Notes: a model not told the origin generated them from the letters alone. A DNA stretch of 64,000 nucleotides from an uncultured Clostridia bacterium (GCA_963557785.1 CAUWBF010000004.1:36776-100775), one strand, 5' to 3'; shown: positions 37,054-48,651, numbered from the stretch's first letter. Numbers and translations: made by a program.

Positions 37054-38334
37054 TTATTTATAGTCTTTTCCAATTGTAATAGTAAAATCTATATTTCCAG
37101 ACTTTTTACCAGAGCTTACTGTTCCAGTACCAAGAATGTTTTTAATTTTATCAGCATCCTCATCAGATTGCTTAGTTCTATTAATAATTGTAGACTTCTT
37201 AGTTGCAGTTGTATTACCTACTTTTAGTATGTTATAACCTTGTTCTTTGTATTGTTTTACAACTTTTTCTAAATTTGAAGCATCTCCAGATCCATTTAAT
37301 ATTTGTATATTTGGCATTTCTGCATTAATTGTTTCTTCTGTTGCTCCTCCAAAAAATAATGTACTAATTATAGATTGTGTTTCATCTTGATCTAATTTAT
37401 AAATATAAGGACCTGTAGGATTTGGTCTTGCTGATTCACCAGGTAGTGTTTCAGTAGAAATATTATCTGTATTAAATTCTACTGCATAAGGAATATAATC
37501 TTTTACTAATGAAACTGATAAATTAGTTTTTACATTTTTTGCTGCAATATCTAATATTTCACCTAATTTTAAAATGTTTGTAGGTTTTAAAGTTTGCTTT
37601 AATGTAGCAGTTATAAATTCTCTTTGAGTTCTCATTCTACCAAGATCTTGTTCACCATAAGATGAAGGATAGGTAGAACCATCATCATTATGTCTAAATC
37701 TTAATAATTGTTCAGCTTTATTACCATCGATTTTTTGCATACCTTCTTTTAAATGAATTAATAAATAATTTTCTTCAGAAGTATCTTCATAATTCATGTC
37801 CATTGGTACATAAAAATCAACACCGCCTATAGCATCTACTAATTCAGTTAAAGCATCAGTATCTACAACAATATAATATTGTAAATTAAGTCCAGTAATT
37901 TTATTTACAGCAGCTAATGTTTTCTCAGGATATTTTCCAGCATATTGAGCATTTATTTTATCTGAAGCTGAAGGATTATTTATATTAGATCCAACAAATG
38001 TATCTCTTGGTACAGAAACCATATTGGCTTGCTGAGTATTTGGATTATAAGAGCAAATCATGATTGTATCAGTTAAATTTAAACTTTCTCCCATTAAAAG
38101 GAATTGTATTTCTGATAATTCTTTTTTGTTATCGCTTCCAACTACAGTAGTAAGAACTCCTTTAAGTCCACCACCATTTTTCATAACATTCCAAGTAAAT
38201 ATTCCAGCTAAAATTATTAATATAGCAAAAATAATAAGTAATACTCTTTTTAAAACTTTATGATTTTTTTTATTATTTTTCTTGTTATTAGATTTTTCCT
38301 CTATTTTTTCATTTTTCATATGTTTACTTGCCAA
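37054..38334 (-). CDS. LCP-family (LytR-CpsA-Psr) cell-wall polymer transferase
   Basis: N-terminal TM helix and an LCP core (TDTIMICSYN ... VSVPRDTFV ... KINAQYA). Confidence 0.85.
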   Translation of the reverse strand: MASKHMKNEKIEEKSNNKKNNKKNHKVLKRVLLIIFAILIILAGIFTWNVMKNGGGLKGVLTTVVGSDNKKELSEIQFLLMGESLNLTDTIMICSYNPNTQQANMVSVPRDTFVGSNINNPSASDKINAQYAGKYPEKTLAAVNKITGLNLQYYIVVDTDALTELVDAIGGVDFYVPMDMNYEDTSEENYLLIHLKEGMQKIDGNKAEQLLRFRHNDDGSTYPSSYGEQDLGRMRTQREFITATLKQTLKPTNILKLGEILDIAAKNVKTNLSVSLVKDYIPYAVEFNTDNISTETLPGESARPNPTGPYIYKLDQDETQSIISTLFFGGATEETINAEMPNIQILNGSGDASNLEKVVKQYKEQGYNILKVGNTTATKKSTIINRTKQSDEDADKIKNILGTGTVSSGKKSGNIDFTITIGKDYK

Positions 38335-38416
38335 AACTATATCACTCCTAAAAAATTTTTTACATATAAAAGTATATCAAAAAGTATATAAAAAAACAAT
38401 AAAATATAATTTATTT

Positions 38417-38445
38417 AATAAAAAAATCCTACAAATGTAGGATTT
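38417..38445 (-). terminator. Rho-independent terminator of cvpA (AATCCTACA-TTT-GTAGGATT plus T-run on the minus strand)
   Basis: Perfect 9 bp stem followed by T7 when read on the minus strand. Confidence 0.55.
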
Positions 38446-39101
38446 TATTTTAATAATAACATAAGTATTAAATTATTGTTGTAAAACATAGAACCAATAT
38501 ATGAATTATTGATAGCCTGTTCTAAAGGAAGATTTTTAATAAATAAAGCAATTACTGCAAATACTATATATATAATTAATAATGCTTCTAGTAATCCATA
38601 AATAATACCACCTGATTTGTTGAATTGTTTAATTATAGGTAGTTCTGTAATTGCATCAGATACTATTTTTATAAATATTAAAAGAATTCTTAATATAACA
38701 AATAATATTATAAGTACACCGATATTAATGATATTTTTTGAAAGTGTATCAGCAACAGATTCTATTACATCTTTTTTAGCTTCAGCAGTAGCTTTTTCTA
38801 TTGAAGAATTTATGTAATTTACTATAAATTCTGGACTTCCTGTGGAAGTACTTTCATTTGAAGTGTTTTCTACATTAGAATCTTGATTTGCAATTTCTAT
38901 AATATAGTTTTTAATATTGTCATCATAATTAGTGTGATCTATAACAAAATTTGAAACAGGTTTAAATAGTATTAATGAAATTACTAATGCAAGTATAAAT
39001 GAGCATAAACGTAAAACAAGTCCAACTAATCCCTTTTTATAACCTAAAAATATACAAACTACAAAAATTACTAATAATATTAAATCAATAAAAACACTCA
39101 T
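38445..39101 (-). CDS. CvpA-family membrane protein
   Basis: The N-terminal TM pair with GYKKGL resembles the colicin V production protein family, 218 aa. Confidence 0.65.
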   Translation of the reverse strand: MSVFIDLILLVIFVVCIFLGYKKGLVGLVLRLCSFILALVISLILFKPVSNFVIDHTNYDDNIKNYIIEIANQDSNVENTSNESTSTGSPEFIVNYINSSIEKATAEAKKDVIESVADTLSKNIINIGVLIILFVILRILLIFIKIVSDAITELPIIKQFNKSGGIIYGLLEALLIIYIVFAVIALFIKNLPLEQAINNSYIGSMFYNNNLILMLLLK

Positions 39102-39116
39102 AAAATCCTCCTTATT

Positions 39117-40301
39117 TTATAAACTTAAAATTTCTAATTTATCTTTATAAATAATTCCAGCTATATTTGTTCCAATTACGATATTTTTAATTTCTTGAAA
39201 AGAATGATATTTTTTAACAAGCCATCCATTAGTATTCACAAAATCAATTTCTGTACCATAGAATATAGCAATTGTATTATAATTTGCAATTATAGACTTA
39301 GGCACGGAATCAGCTATATAAGTACAAACCTTTTGAGAGTAAACATCAGTAATTTCTAATGTTACTTCTGCGAAAAGTCCAGAAGATTTTTCAGTCATAC
39401 GCATGAAACTATCTTTTAAATGAATATCTGCAAATAAATCTTTTTTACTAGATAAGTCAACTATTTTTGTATCACTTTTATCCTGAATAATATGTATAGA
39501 AGTATCATACATACATACTAATTTTCCTTTATCCTGATATTTTATATATGAAATAATTTCACCAGAATTTGCAGGATATATATATATTACAGAACTAGTA
39601 GGGTTTGAAGTAGCTGCTTCCATAGAAATTATTTTTACATAAGATTGCAAAGAGTTATCTGATGTATTAATTTCTGCTATTGCAAGATATTTATTATCAT
39701 TAGATATTGAAACATCTATTGCTGTACTATCTGAAAAATATGTATAAAATAATTCATTACCATTTGGATCTATTGTAGTTACTCTATTTTTATGCGTTGT
39801 ACCAGTTACAACAACTGAAACATAACCATTTTTATTTACAGCGACTCTTACAATTTGACCTTCAACGTCTTTTTGCCATAAAATATTTTGACCATTTACT
39901 AAATAAATTTTCTGACTATTTTTTTCTCCGATTACTAAATATTGACCATTAGTGGCAGCAATAGGCGTTCCAATAGCTAAATCAATAGTAAACTCTTTCT
40001 TTCCAGAAGAAGAATAGGCTGTTAATGAATTTTTATTTAGCAGTGCTATATATTTATCATACCCGTATATTGCGGTAATATCATCTGAATTAAATTCTAT
40101 TGTAGGTAAATTATCAGATGAAATATTTTTTCTAAAAATATAGTTATCTATAAAATCTCGAGTTGTATTATTTTTATTATACAAAACAAATAAAACACAA
40201 AAAATAATGAGTAGTAAAATAATTATTAATGAAATTACTACTTTCTTTTTATTAAGATTTTTTTTATTAGTATTATAAGAATTATATTCTAAAAGTTTCA
40301 T
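39117..40301 (-). CDS. Hypothetical membrane-anchored protein (N-terminal TM helix, beta-rich extracytoplasmic domain)
   Basis: 394 aa with a single TM helix and no recognised family. Confidence 0.4.
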   Translation of the reverse strand: MKLLEYNSYNTNKKNLNKKKVVISLIIILLLIIFCVLFVLYNKNNTTRDFIDNYIFRKNISSDNLPTIEFNSDDITAIYGYDKYIALLNKNSLTAYSSSGKKEFTIDLAIGTPIAATNGQYLVIGEKNSQKIYLVNGQNILWQKDVEGQIVRVAVNKNGYVSVVVTGTTHKNRVTTIDPNGNELFYTYFSDSTAIDVSISNDNKYLAIAEINTSDNSLQSYVKIISMEAATSNPTSSVIYIYPANSGEIISYIKYQDKGKLVCMYDTSIHIIQDKSDTKIVDLSSKKDLFADIHLKDSFMRMTEKSSGLFAEVTLEITDVYSQKVCTYIADSVPKSIIANYNTIAIFYGTEIDFVNTNGWLVKKYHSFQEIKNIVIGTNIAGIIYKDKLEILSL

Positions 40302-40324
40302 AATTTTCTCCCATATTTTATTAA

Positions 40325-41372
40325 TTAATTTATATCAGTTTTAGGCATTTTTTTCAATAGTAGATATAAAATTTGTACAATTCCTAATAAACCAAAAATA
40401 GGATAAAAATTAGAAATAAGTATAGAAAAATTTATATTAGAAAATAGTACAGCAGAAAAGCAAATTAATGCAGTAATATACGAAAAATAATTACTTTTTC
40501 TAAAAATATTAATAAAGCTATATCCGACTTGATATGGCAGAAGTAAAAATAGCAATAATAATTATAAAACCATAAATAAAATGATATATTGATCCCATAT
40601 TTTTTACTATAAATAACATAGGAATATCTAAAGAATTGATTATATTATTATCAATTAAAGATAATAAGTTTATAATAGACAAAGACAAAATGGTTAAAAT
40701 TAAAAATATTAAAAAGCAAATATTTTTTAAATTGTTAGAATTTAAATTTATAATTAATTTATTTAATGAAATTATAACAGGAATTAATAAAATACTATTA
40801 TAACTACTATACAAAATAGAACTTATTAACCAATTTAAATTGTAAAAAATATTATTAAAAGAATTAATATCTAAATTAATATTAATATTTTTAAGTGAAA
40901 ATATAATTATAATAATTATTAAAATTGGAATTAATAGAATATTAATTTTAACTATATTATTAATATTATTATTAAATAAATAAAAACATAATAAAGATAT
41001 AATTATAATAGTAATAAAATTATTAACATTATATGTTGCATTAAAAAAAGTAGCAAAACCAGAAATCATTATAATAAAAGAAATATATAAAAAAATATTA
41101 ATAATAATAGTAAATACTTTAGTAATAAAAATATTTCTATTATTAGTTATTAAAGATACTAAAGAATTGTAAGAGTCCAAATGAAAAAAATTAATTAATT
41201 TAATAGTTTTATAAATTATTAAACAAGTTAAAAAATTAGAAATAATTATTCCTATAATACCTAAATTACCATATTTACTGAAAAACAAAAAAATTTCCTT
41301 ACCAGATGCAAAACCAGCACCAATAATAGTTCCAATTAATACGAATATAATCTTTATAATATTTTTATTCAT
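40325..41372 (-). pseudogene. YkvI-like membrane transporter split by a frameshift (two overlapping ORFs at 40518-41372 and 40325-40555)
   Basis: The N-terminal ORF has the YkvI-like GTIIGAGFASGKEI motif. The two frames overlap by 38 nt around an A5/T5 run at 40545-40549, and the combined length (about 350 aa) matches YkvI. Confidence 0.6.
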
Positions 41373-41422
41373 AAAAAACCTCCCACTAAAGTATATTGTG
41401 AGAGGTTTTAATATATTATAAA

Positions 41423-42853
41423 TTATTTTTTATACTTTCTAATTATCCATACTATAATTCCAAGTAAAATAATTATTAAAGGAATAATAAATATAATAAT
41501 ACGTATTGTAAGATCTTCAGAATCTGTAGCAGTATAAGTTACTGTATCAGTAGATTTTTTTATTGTTATTGAATCTTCTCTTTCAGTTAAATATGCTACT
41601 GTATTTAATAATAAATTATTATTATAACGTGAAAGAATTGGCTGAACAGATTTATTCTGTATTGTTAATGAATCTGTTGCAAACTTAACATCTGAATATA
41701 ATATTAGTTTTGAATTATTATCATTAACTTTTTTATTAAATTCTATACCAATATTAAATGGACCAGCTTCTTCATTATCACTTGCAAGAAGAGAAGTATT
41801 AGATAAATCAGTTCTAAAATATGAAGTACTTGATGATTTTAGGAAAGGTTTAGCAGTTACATTTAAATTTTCAAGTTCTTCGTCAGATACAGTATCAATC
41901 TTACTACTATCAAATAAAACAACTAAAGGAGAGTTTGTATCTGAGGTAATAAAACTTTTTGTTATATCGTGATATGAAAGTGTTGGTGCAAAATAATTTG
42001 GAGTACTAGCAAATATATTATTAGAATTACTTTCTCTTATAATACCTTTTGGAATACTTGCTCCATATAATTCTAGAATTTTATTTATATTAGTAAAAGA
42101 TGAATCTATACTAGAAGATAACCAAAGGATATTTCCACCATTATTTATATAATTAATAATTTGTTCTGTTTCATAATCTGCAAAATCCTTTTGAGGATTA
42201 GCTATAAAAAGTAAATCACAATCTCCAGGAAATTCTGTAGAGAATAAGTCTAATGTAATAATATCATTTACTTCATTTGCAAGATAGGTTTGAAATATTT
42301 GCAAATCAGTAGATTCACTATGTCCTGATAAGAAATAGATTTTAGGTTTTTTAGCTATTGTGGTATCAATAATTGCATTTGTTAATTTTTGTTCAGAAAC
42401 ATCGATAGTTTCATAAGTTGTGTAATCGTATTCAGTTAAATCACTTAGTGATAATATTTTATATCTTTCAGGTGCTTGAACCACAATACCTTGTGAAGAA
42501 TCGGTAACTTCATATTTTTCATATAAATCTGGTCTTTCGCTAGAATCAACAACCAAAACTTCGATTTTATCATTTATTCTAGAATACTGTTTTGCTAAAT
42601 CAACAATTGTATAGCTATCATCTATTCCAAAAAAATAAATAGAAACATTTAATTTAACTTCACTTATTTTATTTTTAGTTTCATCTGATATTGAATATAA
42701 TTTATTTCTAGTAACATCAATTGTTTGTAAATCTAATTTATTTACCCCAATATTAATAAATAAAAAAGCTACTATAAGTAATGCTACTAAGATTATTGTT
42801 TTTGTATTATCTATTAACCACTTTTTCTTTATAATTTCTAAGAACTTTTTCAA
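41423..42853 (-). CDS. GldG-like ABC-transport auxiliary protein (N- and C-terminal TM anchors)
   Basis: Large extracytoplasmic protein flanked by TM helices, downstream of the ABC ATPase and ABC-2 permease genes. Confidence 0.55.
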   Translation of the reverse strand: MKKFLEIIKKKWLIDNTKTIILVALLIVAFLFINIGVNKLDLQTIDVTRNKLYSISDETKNKISEVKLNVSIYFFGIDDSYTIVDLAKQYSRINDKIEVLVVDSSERPDLYEKYEVTDSSQGIVVQAPERYKILSLSDLTEYDYTTYETIDVSEQKLTNAIIDTTIAKKPKIYFLSGHSESTDLQIFQTYLANEVNDIITLDLFSTEFPGDCDLLFIANPQKDFADYETEQIINYINNGGNILWLSSSIDSSFTNINKILELYGASIPKGIIRESNSNNIFASTPNYFAPTLSYHDITKSFITSDTNSPLVVLFDSSKIDTVSDEELENLNVTAKPFLKSSSTSYFRTDLSNTSLLASDNEEAGPFNIGIEFNKKVNDNNSKLILYSDVKFATDSLTIQNKSVQPILSRYNNNLLLNTVAYLTEREDSITIKKSTDTVTYTATDSEDLTIRIIIFIIPLIIILLGIIVWIIRKYKK

Positions 42854-42867
42854 AGTAATTCTCCTTT

Positions 42868-43548
42868 CTATTTTAAACTCTTTTTTCTTTGTAAAACAAT
42901 CATTGTTAAAAGAGTAAATAACAATGTAAATGTTACATAAGTAACTATTTCATTTAATGCTATTTGTCCAGAAGGGAATTTTTCAAACATATTAATTAAA
43001 GAAAAAGCTTCTAAGTTAGAATTAAATCCTGGCATGAACCAAGTTAATATGAAAAATGCTATAGTTACAATAGAAGCAACTATTTGATTTTCTGTAATAC
43101 TTGAAGCAAACATACCAAATGATATATACGCCATTCCTAATAATAAAAATCCCAATAATGTAGACAAAGCAGTAGGTAAATAAGGATTACCAAAATGTGT
43201 TAATATTATAAAATATATAAATGTTAATAATTCAGATATTAATAAAATAAAAACAGCTGATAAAAATTTACCCAAAACAATACTTCCCATACTAACAGGA
43301 GAGGTAAATAATATTTGGTCAGTTCCATTTCGTTTTTCTTCTGCAAACATTCTCATTGTAAGCAGAGGAGTTATAAATGTTAATATAGTAGATAATGAGA
43401 AAAACATATATTCAAAATTCATTGAACCATAGTAAATAACATCTACATAGAAAAATATGCTTGCCATAAATAAGAATAATCCAATAAAAATATAACCAAT
43501 TGGAGATAGAAAATAGCTTTTAATTTCCTTTTTTAAAACTGCTAACAT
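42868..43548 (-). CDS. ABC-2 family transporter permease
   Basis: Six-TM permease overlapping the upstream ATPase stop (ATGA). Confidence 0.6.
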   Translation of the reverse strand: MLAVLKKEIKSYFLSPIGYIFIGLFLFMASIFFYVDVIYYGSMNFEYMFFSLSTILTFITPLLTMRMFAEEKRNGTDQILFTSPVSMGSIVLGKFLSAVFILLISELLTFIYFIILTHFGNPYLPTALSTLLGFLLLGMAYISFGMFASSITENQIVASIVTIAFFILTWFMPGFNSNLEAFSLINMFEKFPSGQIALNEIVTYVTFTLLFTLLTMIVLQRKKSLK

Positions 43549-44546
43549 TATTTTTTACCTCCTTTTTTTGATTTGTTTTTTGAATATGTATCTTCTACAT
43601 TAGCTGAGTTATTTGAAGAATCTACTAATTTAATAAAAGCATCTTCTAAAGTAGATTCATCTTTTTTTAGCTCAAAGATGGTAATAGATTCCTTAGCAAA
43701 AGTTTCAAAAATTAATTTTCTTATATCATTATTATCTTTTGAAGTAATTAGGTATTGTTTTGTACCATCTTCATTATCTTTTACTAATTTTGAATCACTT
43801 ATAAAATTGCAAATTTCTAAAATATTTTCCATTTTATTGTTATTATCTTCTACAGTTACAAGAAGTGCAGAATTATCTTTTGACTTTTCTTCTAAATTTT
43901 TAGGGGTATCTTCAGCAATAATTTTACCATTATTTATAATAATAACTTTTTCACATAATTGACTTATTTCAGATAAAATATGTGAACTTATAATTAGCGT
44001 ATGTTCTTTTCCTAATGATTTTATTAAAGCCCTTATTTCTGTAATTTGTTTTGGATCTAATCCAACAGTAGGTTCATCTAAAATAAGAACAGATGGATTA
44101 CTAACTAAAGCACCAGCCATACTAACACGCTGTTTAAAACCTCTAGAAAGGTTTTTAATAAGTTTATTTTGTACTTCAAATAAACCAGTATCTTTTAGAG
44201 CTTTTATAATATTATCCTTTCTTTCTTTTTTAGGAACTCCTTTTAATTCAGCCATATAAGAAACAAATTCTTTAACAGTCATGTCCGTATAAAGAGGTAC
44301 ATTTTCAGGCATATAGCCAATACATTTTTTTGCTTTTTTAGCTTGTTTTATGGTATCAAAATTATTAACAGTTATATTTCCTTCAGTTTGTTCAATATAT
44401 CCAGTAATCATATTCATTGTTGTACTTTTACCAGCACCGTTTGGACCTAAAAGACCAACAATTTCACCATCATTAATTGTAAAACTGATATTATCTACTG
44501 CAACAAAATTACCATATTTTTTTGTAATATTTTTAACGCAAATCAC
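43548..44546 (-). CDS. ABC transporter ATP-binding protein
   Basis: Walker A GPNGAGKST, an LSRGFKQRV signature and Walker B LILDEPTVGLD. Confidence 0.85.
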   Translation of the reverse strand: MICVKNITKKYGNFVAVDNISFTINDGEIVGLLGPNGAGKSTTMNMITGYIEQTEGNITVNNFDTIKQAKKAKKCIGYMPENVPLYTDMTVKEFVSYMAELKGVPKKERKDNIIKALKDTGLFEVQNKLIKNLSRGFKQRVSMAGALVSNPSVLILDEPTVGLDPKQITEIRALIKSLGKEHTLIISSHILSEISQLCEKVIIINNGKIIAEDTPKNLEEKSKDNSALLVTVEDNNNKMENILEICNFISDSKLVKDNEDGTKQYLITSKDNNDIRKLIFETFAKESITIFELKKDESTLEDAFIKLVDSSNNSANVEDTYSKNKSKKGGKK

Positions 44547-44763
44547 AGATAATTCCTCCCTTGATTAAATTTAAAAAAATATTATCACTTAAATTATATA
44601 AATTCAATAAAACCAACATAAGTTTACTTACATTTCACAAAAAATTTACAATTAATAAAATATTAGTAAAAATAATTCTCCGTAGAGAATTTGCTATTGA
44701 TAAAAATATAAAAATATATTAAAATATATTAAAATGTGATAGAAATGAAAGAGGAGAAAAAAT

Positions 44764-45060
44764 ATGACTAGTAAACAAAGAGCATATTTAAGAAGTTTAT
44801 CAAATAGAATCGAACCAATATTTCAAATAGGAAAATCTGGAGTTACAGATGTATTAATAGAACAATTAAATAATGCATTAGAAGCTAGAGAATTAATAAA
44901 AATAAATATTTTAGAAACTGTACCAAGTTCTAAAAAAGATATTGCAGAAGAAGTATCTTTAAAAACGAACTCAGTTTTAGTTCAAATTCTAGGTAATAAA
45001 GTTACATTATATAAACCAAGAAAAAAAGATCCAAAAATAATTTTACCAAAAGATAAATAA
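44764..45060 (+). CDS. yhbY: YhbY/CRS1-family (CRM domain) RNA-binding protein
   Basis: LRSLSNRIEPIFQIGKSGVTD ... ELIKINI pattern, 98 aa. Confidence 0.8.
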   Translation: MTSKQRAYLRSLSNRIEPIFQIGKSGVTDVLIEQLNNALEARELIKINILETVPSSKKDIAEEVSLKTNSVLVQILGNKVTLYKPRKKDPKIILPKDK

Positions 45061-45067
45061 TATTAGA

Positions 45068-45101
45068 GAGGGGCTCAGAGAACAAGAAAGAGTCCCTTTT
45101 G
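45068..45101 (+). terminator. Rho-independent terminator (GGGGCTC ... GAGTCCC plus TTTTG)
   Basis: 7 bp stem with one G-U pair followed by a T-run after yhbY. Confidence 0.4.
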
Positions 45102-45166
45102 TATTAATTGATTTTAAAGAAAAATGTGATAAAATATAGTAAACTATAGAGAAAGGAAAAAAGGTC

Positions 45167-48100
45167 ATGTCAGATTTTGTACATCTACATATACATAGTG
45201 AATTTAGTCTTTTAGACGGAGCAATAAGAATAAAAGATTTACCAGTTAGAGCAAAAGAATTAGGTATGAAAGCAATAGCCATAACAGATCATGGTGTTAT
45301 GTATGGTGTAATTGACTTTTATAAAGCATGTAAAAAAGAAGGAATAAAGCCAATAATTGGTTGTGAGGTGTATGTAGCAACAAAAAGTAGATTTGACAAA
45401 GGACCAGAAGATAAAAAATACAATCACTTAATATTACTTGCAAAAAATAATCAAGGATATAAAAATTTAAGTAAATTAGTTTCTATAGGTTTTATAGATG
45501 GATATTACTATAAACCACGTATAGATTTAGAAGTACTCGAAAAATATAGTGAAGGACTAATATGCCTTAGTGCTTGCTTAGCAGGAGCAGTTAACCAAGA
45601 AATATTAAATGGAAATATGGAAAAAGCTGAAGAAACAGCTTTATGGTATAAAAGAGTATTTAAAGACGACTATTATTTGGAGCTACAAAATAATGGTATA
45701 AAAGAACAAGTGATGGTTAATCAAAAATTAGTTCAAATAGCAAGAAAGTTAGATATTCCAATAGTAGGAACAAATGATGCTCATTACTTAAGAAAAGAAG
45801 ATAGTTATAATCACGAAGTATTATTATGTATTCAAACAGGAAAAAGAATGAGCGATGTAGACAGAATGAGATTTGATACAGAAGAGTTATATGTAAAATC
45901 ACCAGAAGAGATGACGGAATATTTTAAAAACTTACCAGATGCTATTGAAAATACTGTGAAAATTGCAGATAAATGCAATGTTGATTTTGAATTTGGAAAC
46001 ACTATACTTCCAAATTATGAAGTACCAGCAGAATATCCAACTCATTATGATTATCTAAAAAAATTATGTGATGATGGGATAAAAGAAAGATATGGAGAAA
46101 ACCCATCAAAAGAAATATTAGATAGAGCAGAATATGAAATAGGCGTAATTAAAAAGATGGGTTATGTAGATTATTATTTAATAGTATGGGATTTCATACA
46201 TTATGCAAAATCTAATGGAATACCTGTAGGACCAGGACGTGGTTCAGGAGCGGGTTCTATTTTAGCATATGCAATAGGAATTACAGATATAGATCCTATG
46301 AAATATAATTTACTTTTTGAAAGATTTTTAAATCCAGAAAGAATAAGTATGCCTGATTTTGACGTTGACTTTTGTTATGAAAGAAGATCAAAAGTTATTG
46401 AATATGTTGAAAAAAAATATGGACATGATCACGTATCACAGATTATAACATTTGGAACAATGTCTGCAAGAATGGTAATTAGAGATGTAGGAAGAGCTTT
46501 AGACATGCCATATGCTGAATGCGATAAGCTTGCAAAAATGATTCCAAATGAAATTCATATAACAATAGGTAAAGCTCTAGAGCAAAATAAAGAATTAAAA
46601 CAATTATATGATGAAAATTTAGAAATAAGAAAAATGTTAGATATTGCCATGGCACTTGAAGGAATGCCAAGACAGGCATCTACTCATGCATGTGGAGTAG
46701 TAATAACAAAAGAACCAGTAGATACATATGTACCTTTATATGTAAGAGATAATCAAATATCAACTCAATATATAATGACAACACTAGAAGAATTAGGGCT
46801 TTTGAAAATGGACTTTTTAGGGCTAAGAACTCTTACAGTTATTGATGATGCGATAAAACTAGTAAAATACAATAGAAATATAGATGTTGAATTTGACAAA
46901 GATATGAACGATCCAAATGTATACAAATTATGGCAAGAGGGTAAATCATGTGGAATATTTCAGTTTGAAAGTCAAGGTATGACAAACTTTATGAAGGAAC
47001 TAAAGCCAGACTGCTTAGAAGATATAATAGCCGGAGTTTCTTTATACAGACCTGGACCGATGGATCAAATACCAAGATATATAAAAAATAAAAAAGATCC
47101 AGAACATGCAGAATACACACATCCAGCATTAGAGCCAATTTTAAATGTAACATATGGATGTATGGTATATCAAGAACAAGTAATGCAAATAGTAAGAGAT
47201 TTAGCAGGGTACTCATTAGGTAGAGCAGATTTAGTAAGACGTGCTATGGGAAAGAAAAAATTAGATGTAATGGCTAAAGAAAGAGAATACTTTATACATG
47301 GTCAAACAGATGATGAAGGTAATATTATCATACCAGGATGTATAAGAAATGGTATAGATGAAGTATCAGCAAACAAAATATTTGATGAAATGGCCGAATT
47401 TGCAAAATATGCATTTAATAAATCTCATGCTGCAGCATATGCAGTAGTATCCTATAGAACAGCATATTTAAAAGCATATTATCCAGAAGAATTTATGGCA
47501 GCAACATTAAATAGTTTTTTAGGAAATTTAGATAAAGTACCAGTTTATATAGATGAGTGTAAAAGATTAGGAATACAAATACTTAAACCAGATATTAATA
47601 AAAGTTATACAAAATTCACAGTAGATAATGGAAAAATAAGATTTGGATTAGGAAGTATAAAAAATGTAGGAATTGCAGCTGTTGATTCAATAGTTAAAGA
47701 GAGAAAAGAAAATGGCGATTTTAGTAGCTTTACAGATTTCTGTGAAAGAATGCAAGGAGAGGCTGTAAATAAAAAATGCATAGAAAGCTTAATAAGAGCA
47801 GGAACTTTTGATGAATTCAAAGAAAATAGAGCAACTTTACTTGCATCATTTGAAAATATATTAGATACAATTCAAGATACAAATAGAAAAAGTTTTTCTG
47901 GACAAGTTACAATGTTTGACTTAGGTCAAAGTAGTGAAGAAAATAATATAAATGAATTAAAATATAATTATACAGAACTTCCTGAATTATCTGAAAAAGA
48001 ATTATTATTTATGGAAAAGGAGATGCTTGGTTTATATATTTCTGGACATCCACTTGAGAAAATCAGGAGATTAATAGAAGAACAAACAAATATAAATACG

Positions 48101-48646
48101 ATGCAAATGCATAGCATAAACGATAATGAAGAAATAGAAAATAAAAGACAAGAATTTGAAGATGGACAAAATGTAAGATATGCCGGAATAATTACTAGTG
48201 TAAAGAAAAAATATACAAAAAATAATAAAATAATGGCATTTGTAACTATAGAAGATTTATATGGAACAGCAGAAATAATTATATTTGAAAATTGTTATCA
48301 AAATTGTTCAAATATATTAATTGAAGACAATATAGTTTTAGTTGAAGGAAGACTAAGTATTAGAGAAGATGAAGAAACTAAAATTGTAGCAAGAGAAATC
48401 AAAGAATTAAAAGCAAAAAAGAGAACAGTATTAAATATAAATATTGATAACTTAGAAGAAACAGAAAAAAAGAAATTAAGGGGAGCAATTAAATACTTTT
48501 CTGGAGAAAAAAATAATATGCAAGTTCAAGTAACTGAAAATAGTGAAGCAAAATCTTGTGGAGCAATTTATTTGAATGATGAAATATTAGAAGAATTTAA
48601 AAGCTTAATTGGAGAAAATAGAGTTAACTTAATTGAAGTAGATTAA
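45167..48646 (+). CDS. dnaE: DNA polymerase III alpha subunit DnaE
   Basis: 1159 aa with a PHP domain N-terminus (HLHIHSEFSLLDGA). Confidence 0.95.
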   Translation: MSDFVHLHIHSEFSLLDGAIRIKDLPVRAKELGMKAIAITDHGVMYGVIDFYKACKKEGIKPIIGCEVYVATKSRFDKGPEDKKYNHLILLAKNNQGYKNLSKLVSIGFIDGYYYKPRIDLEVLEKYSEGLICLSACLAGAVNQEILNGNMEKAEETALWYKRVFKDDYYLELQNNGIKEQVMVNQKLVQIARKLDIPIVGTNDAHYLRKEDSYNHEVLLCIQTGKRMSDVDRMRFDTEELYVKSPEEMTEYFKNLPDAIENTVKIADKCNVDFEFGNTILPNYEVPAEYPTHYDYLKKLCDDGIKERYGENPSKEILDRAEYEIGVIKKMGYVDYYLIVWDFIHYAKSNGIPVGPGRGSGAGSILAYAIGITDIDPMKYNLLFERFLNPERISMPDFDVDFCYERRSKVIEYVEKKYGHDHVSQIITFGTMSARMVIRDVGRALDMPYAECDKLAKMIPNEIHITIGKALEQNKELKQLYDENLEIRKMLDIAMALEGMPRQASTHACGVVITKEPVDTYVPLYVRDNQISTQYIMTTLEELGLLKMDFLGLRTLTVIDDAIKLVKYNRNIDVEFDKDMNDPNVYKLWQEGKSCGIFQFESQGMTNFMKELKPDCLEDIIAGVSLYRPGPMDQIPRYIKNKKDPEHAEYTHPALEPILNVTYGCMVYQEQVMQIVRDLAGYSLGRADLVRRAMGKKKLDVMAKEREYFIHGQTDDEGNIIIPGCIRNGIDEVSANKIFDEMAEFAKYAFNKSHAAAYAVVSYRTAYLKAYYPEEFMAATLNSFLGNLDKVPVYIDECKRLGIQILKPDINKSYTKFTVDNGKIRFGLGSIKNVGIAAVDSIVKERKENGDFSSFTDFCERMQGEAVNKKCIESLIRAGTFDEFKENRATLLASFENILDTIQDTNRKSFSGQVTMFDLGQSSEENNINELKYNYTELPELSEKELLFMEKEMLGLYISGHPLEKIRRLIEEQTNINTMQMHSINDNEEIENKRQEFEDGQNVRYAGIITSVKKKYTKNNKIMAFVTIEDLYGTAEIIIFENCYQNCSNILIEDNIVLVEGRLSIREDEETKIVAREIKELKAKKRTVLNINIDNLEETEKKKLRGAIKYFSGEKNNMQVQVTENSEAKSCGAIYLNDEILEEFKSLIGENRVNLIEVD

Positions 48647-48651
48647 TTTTA

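Noticed and set aside
44700-44745. Short tandem repeat ATATTAAAAT x2 upstream of yhbY.
   Set aside because: It has only two units, it is AT-rich, and it is part of a plausible promoter region. It is not a CRISPR or a satellite.
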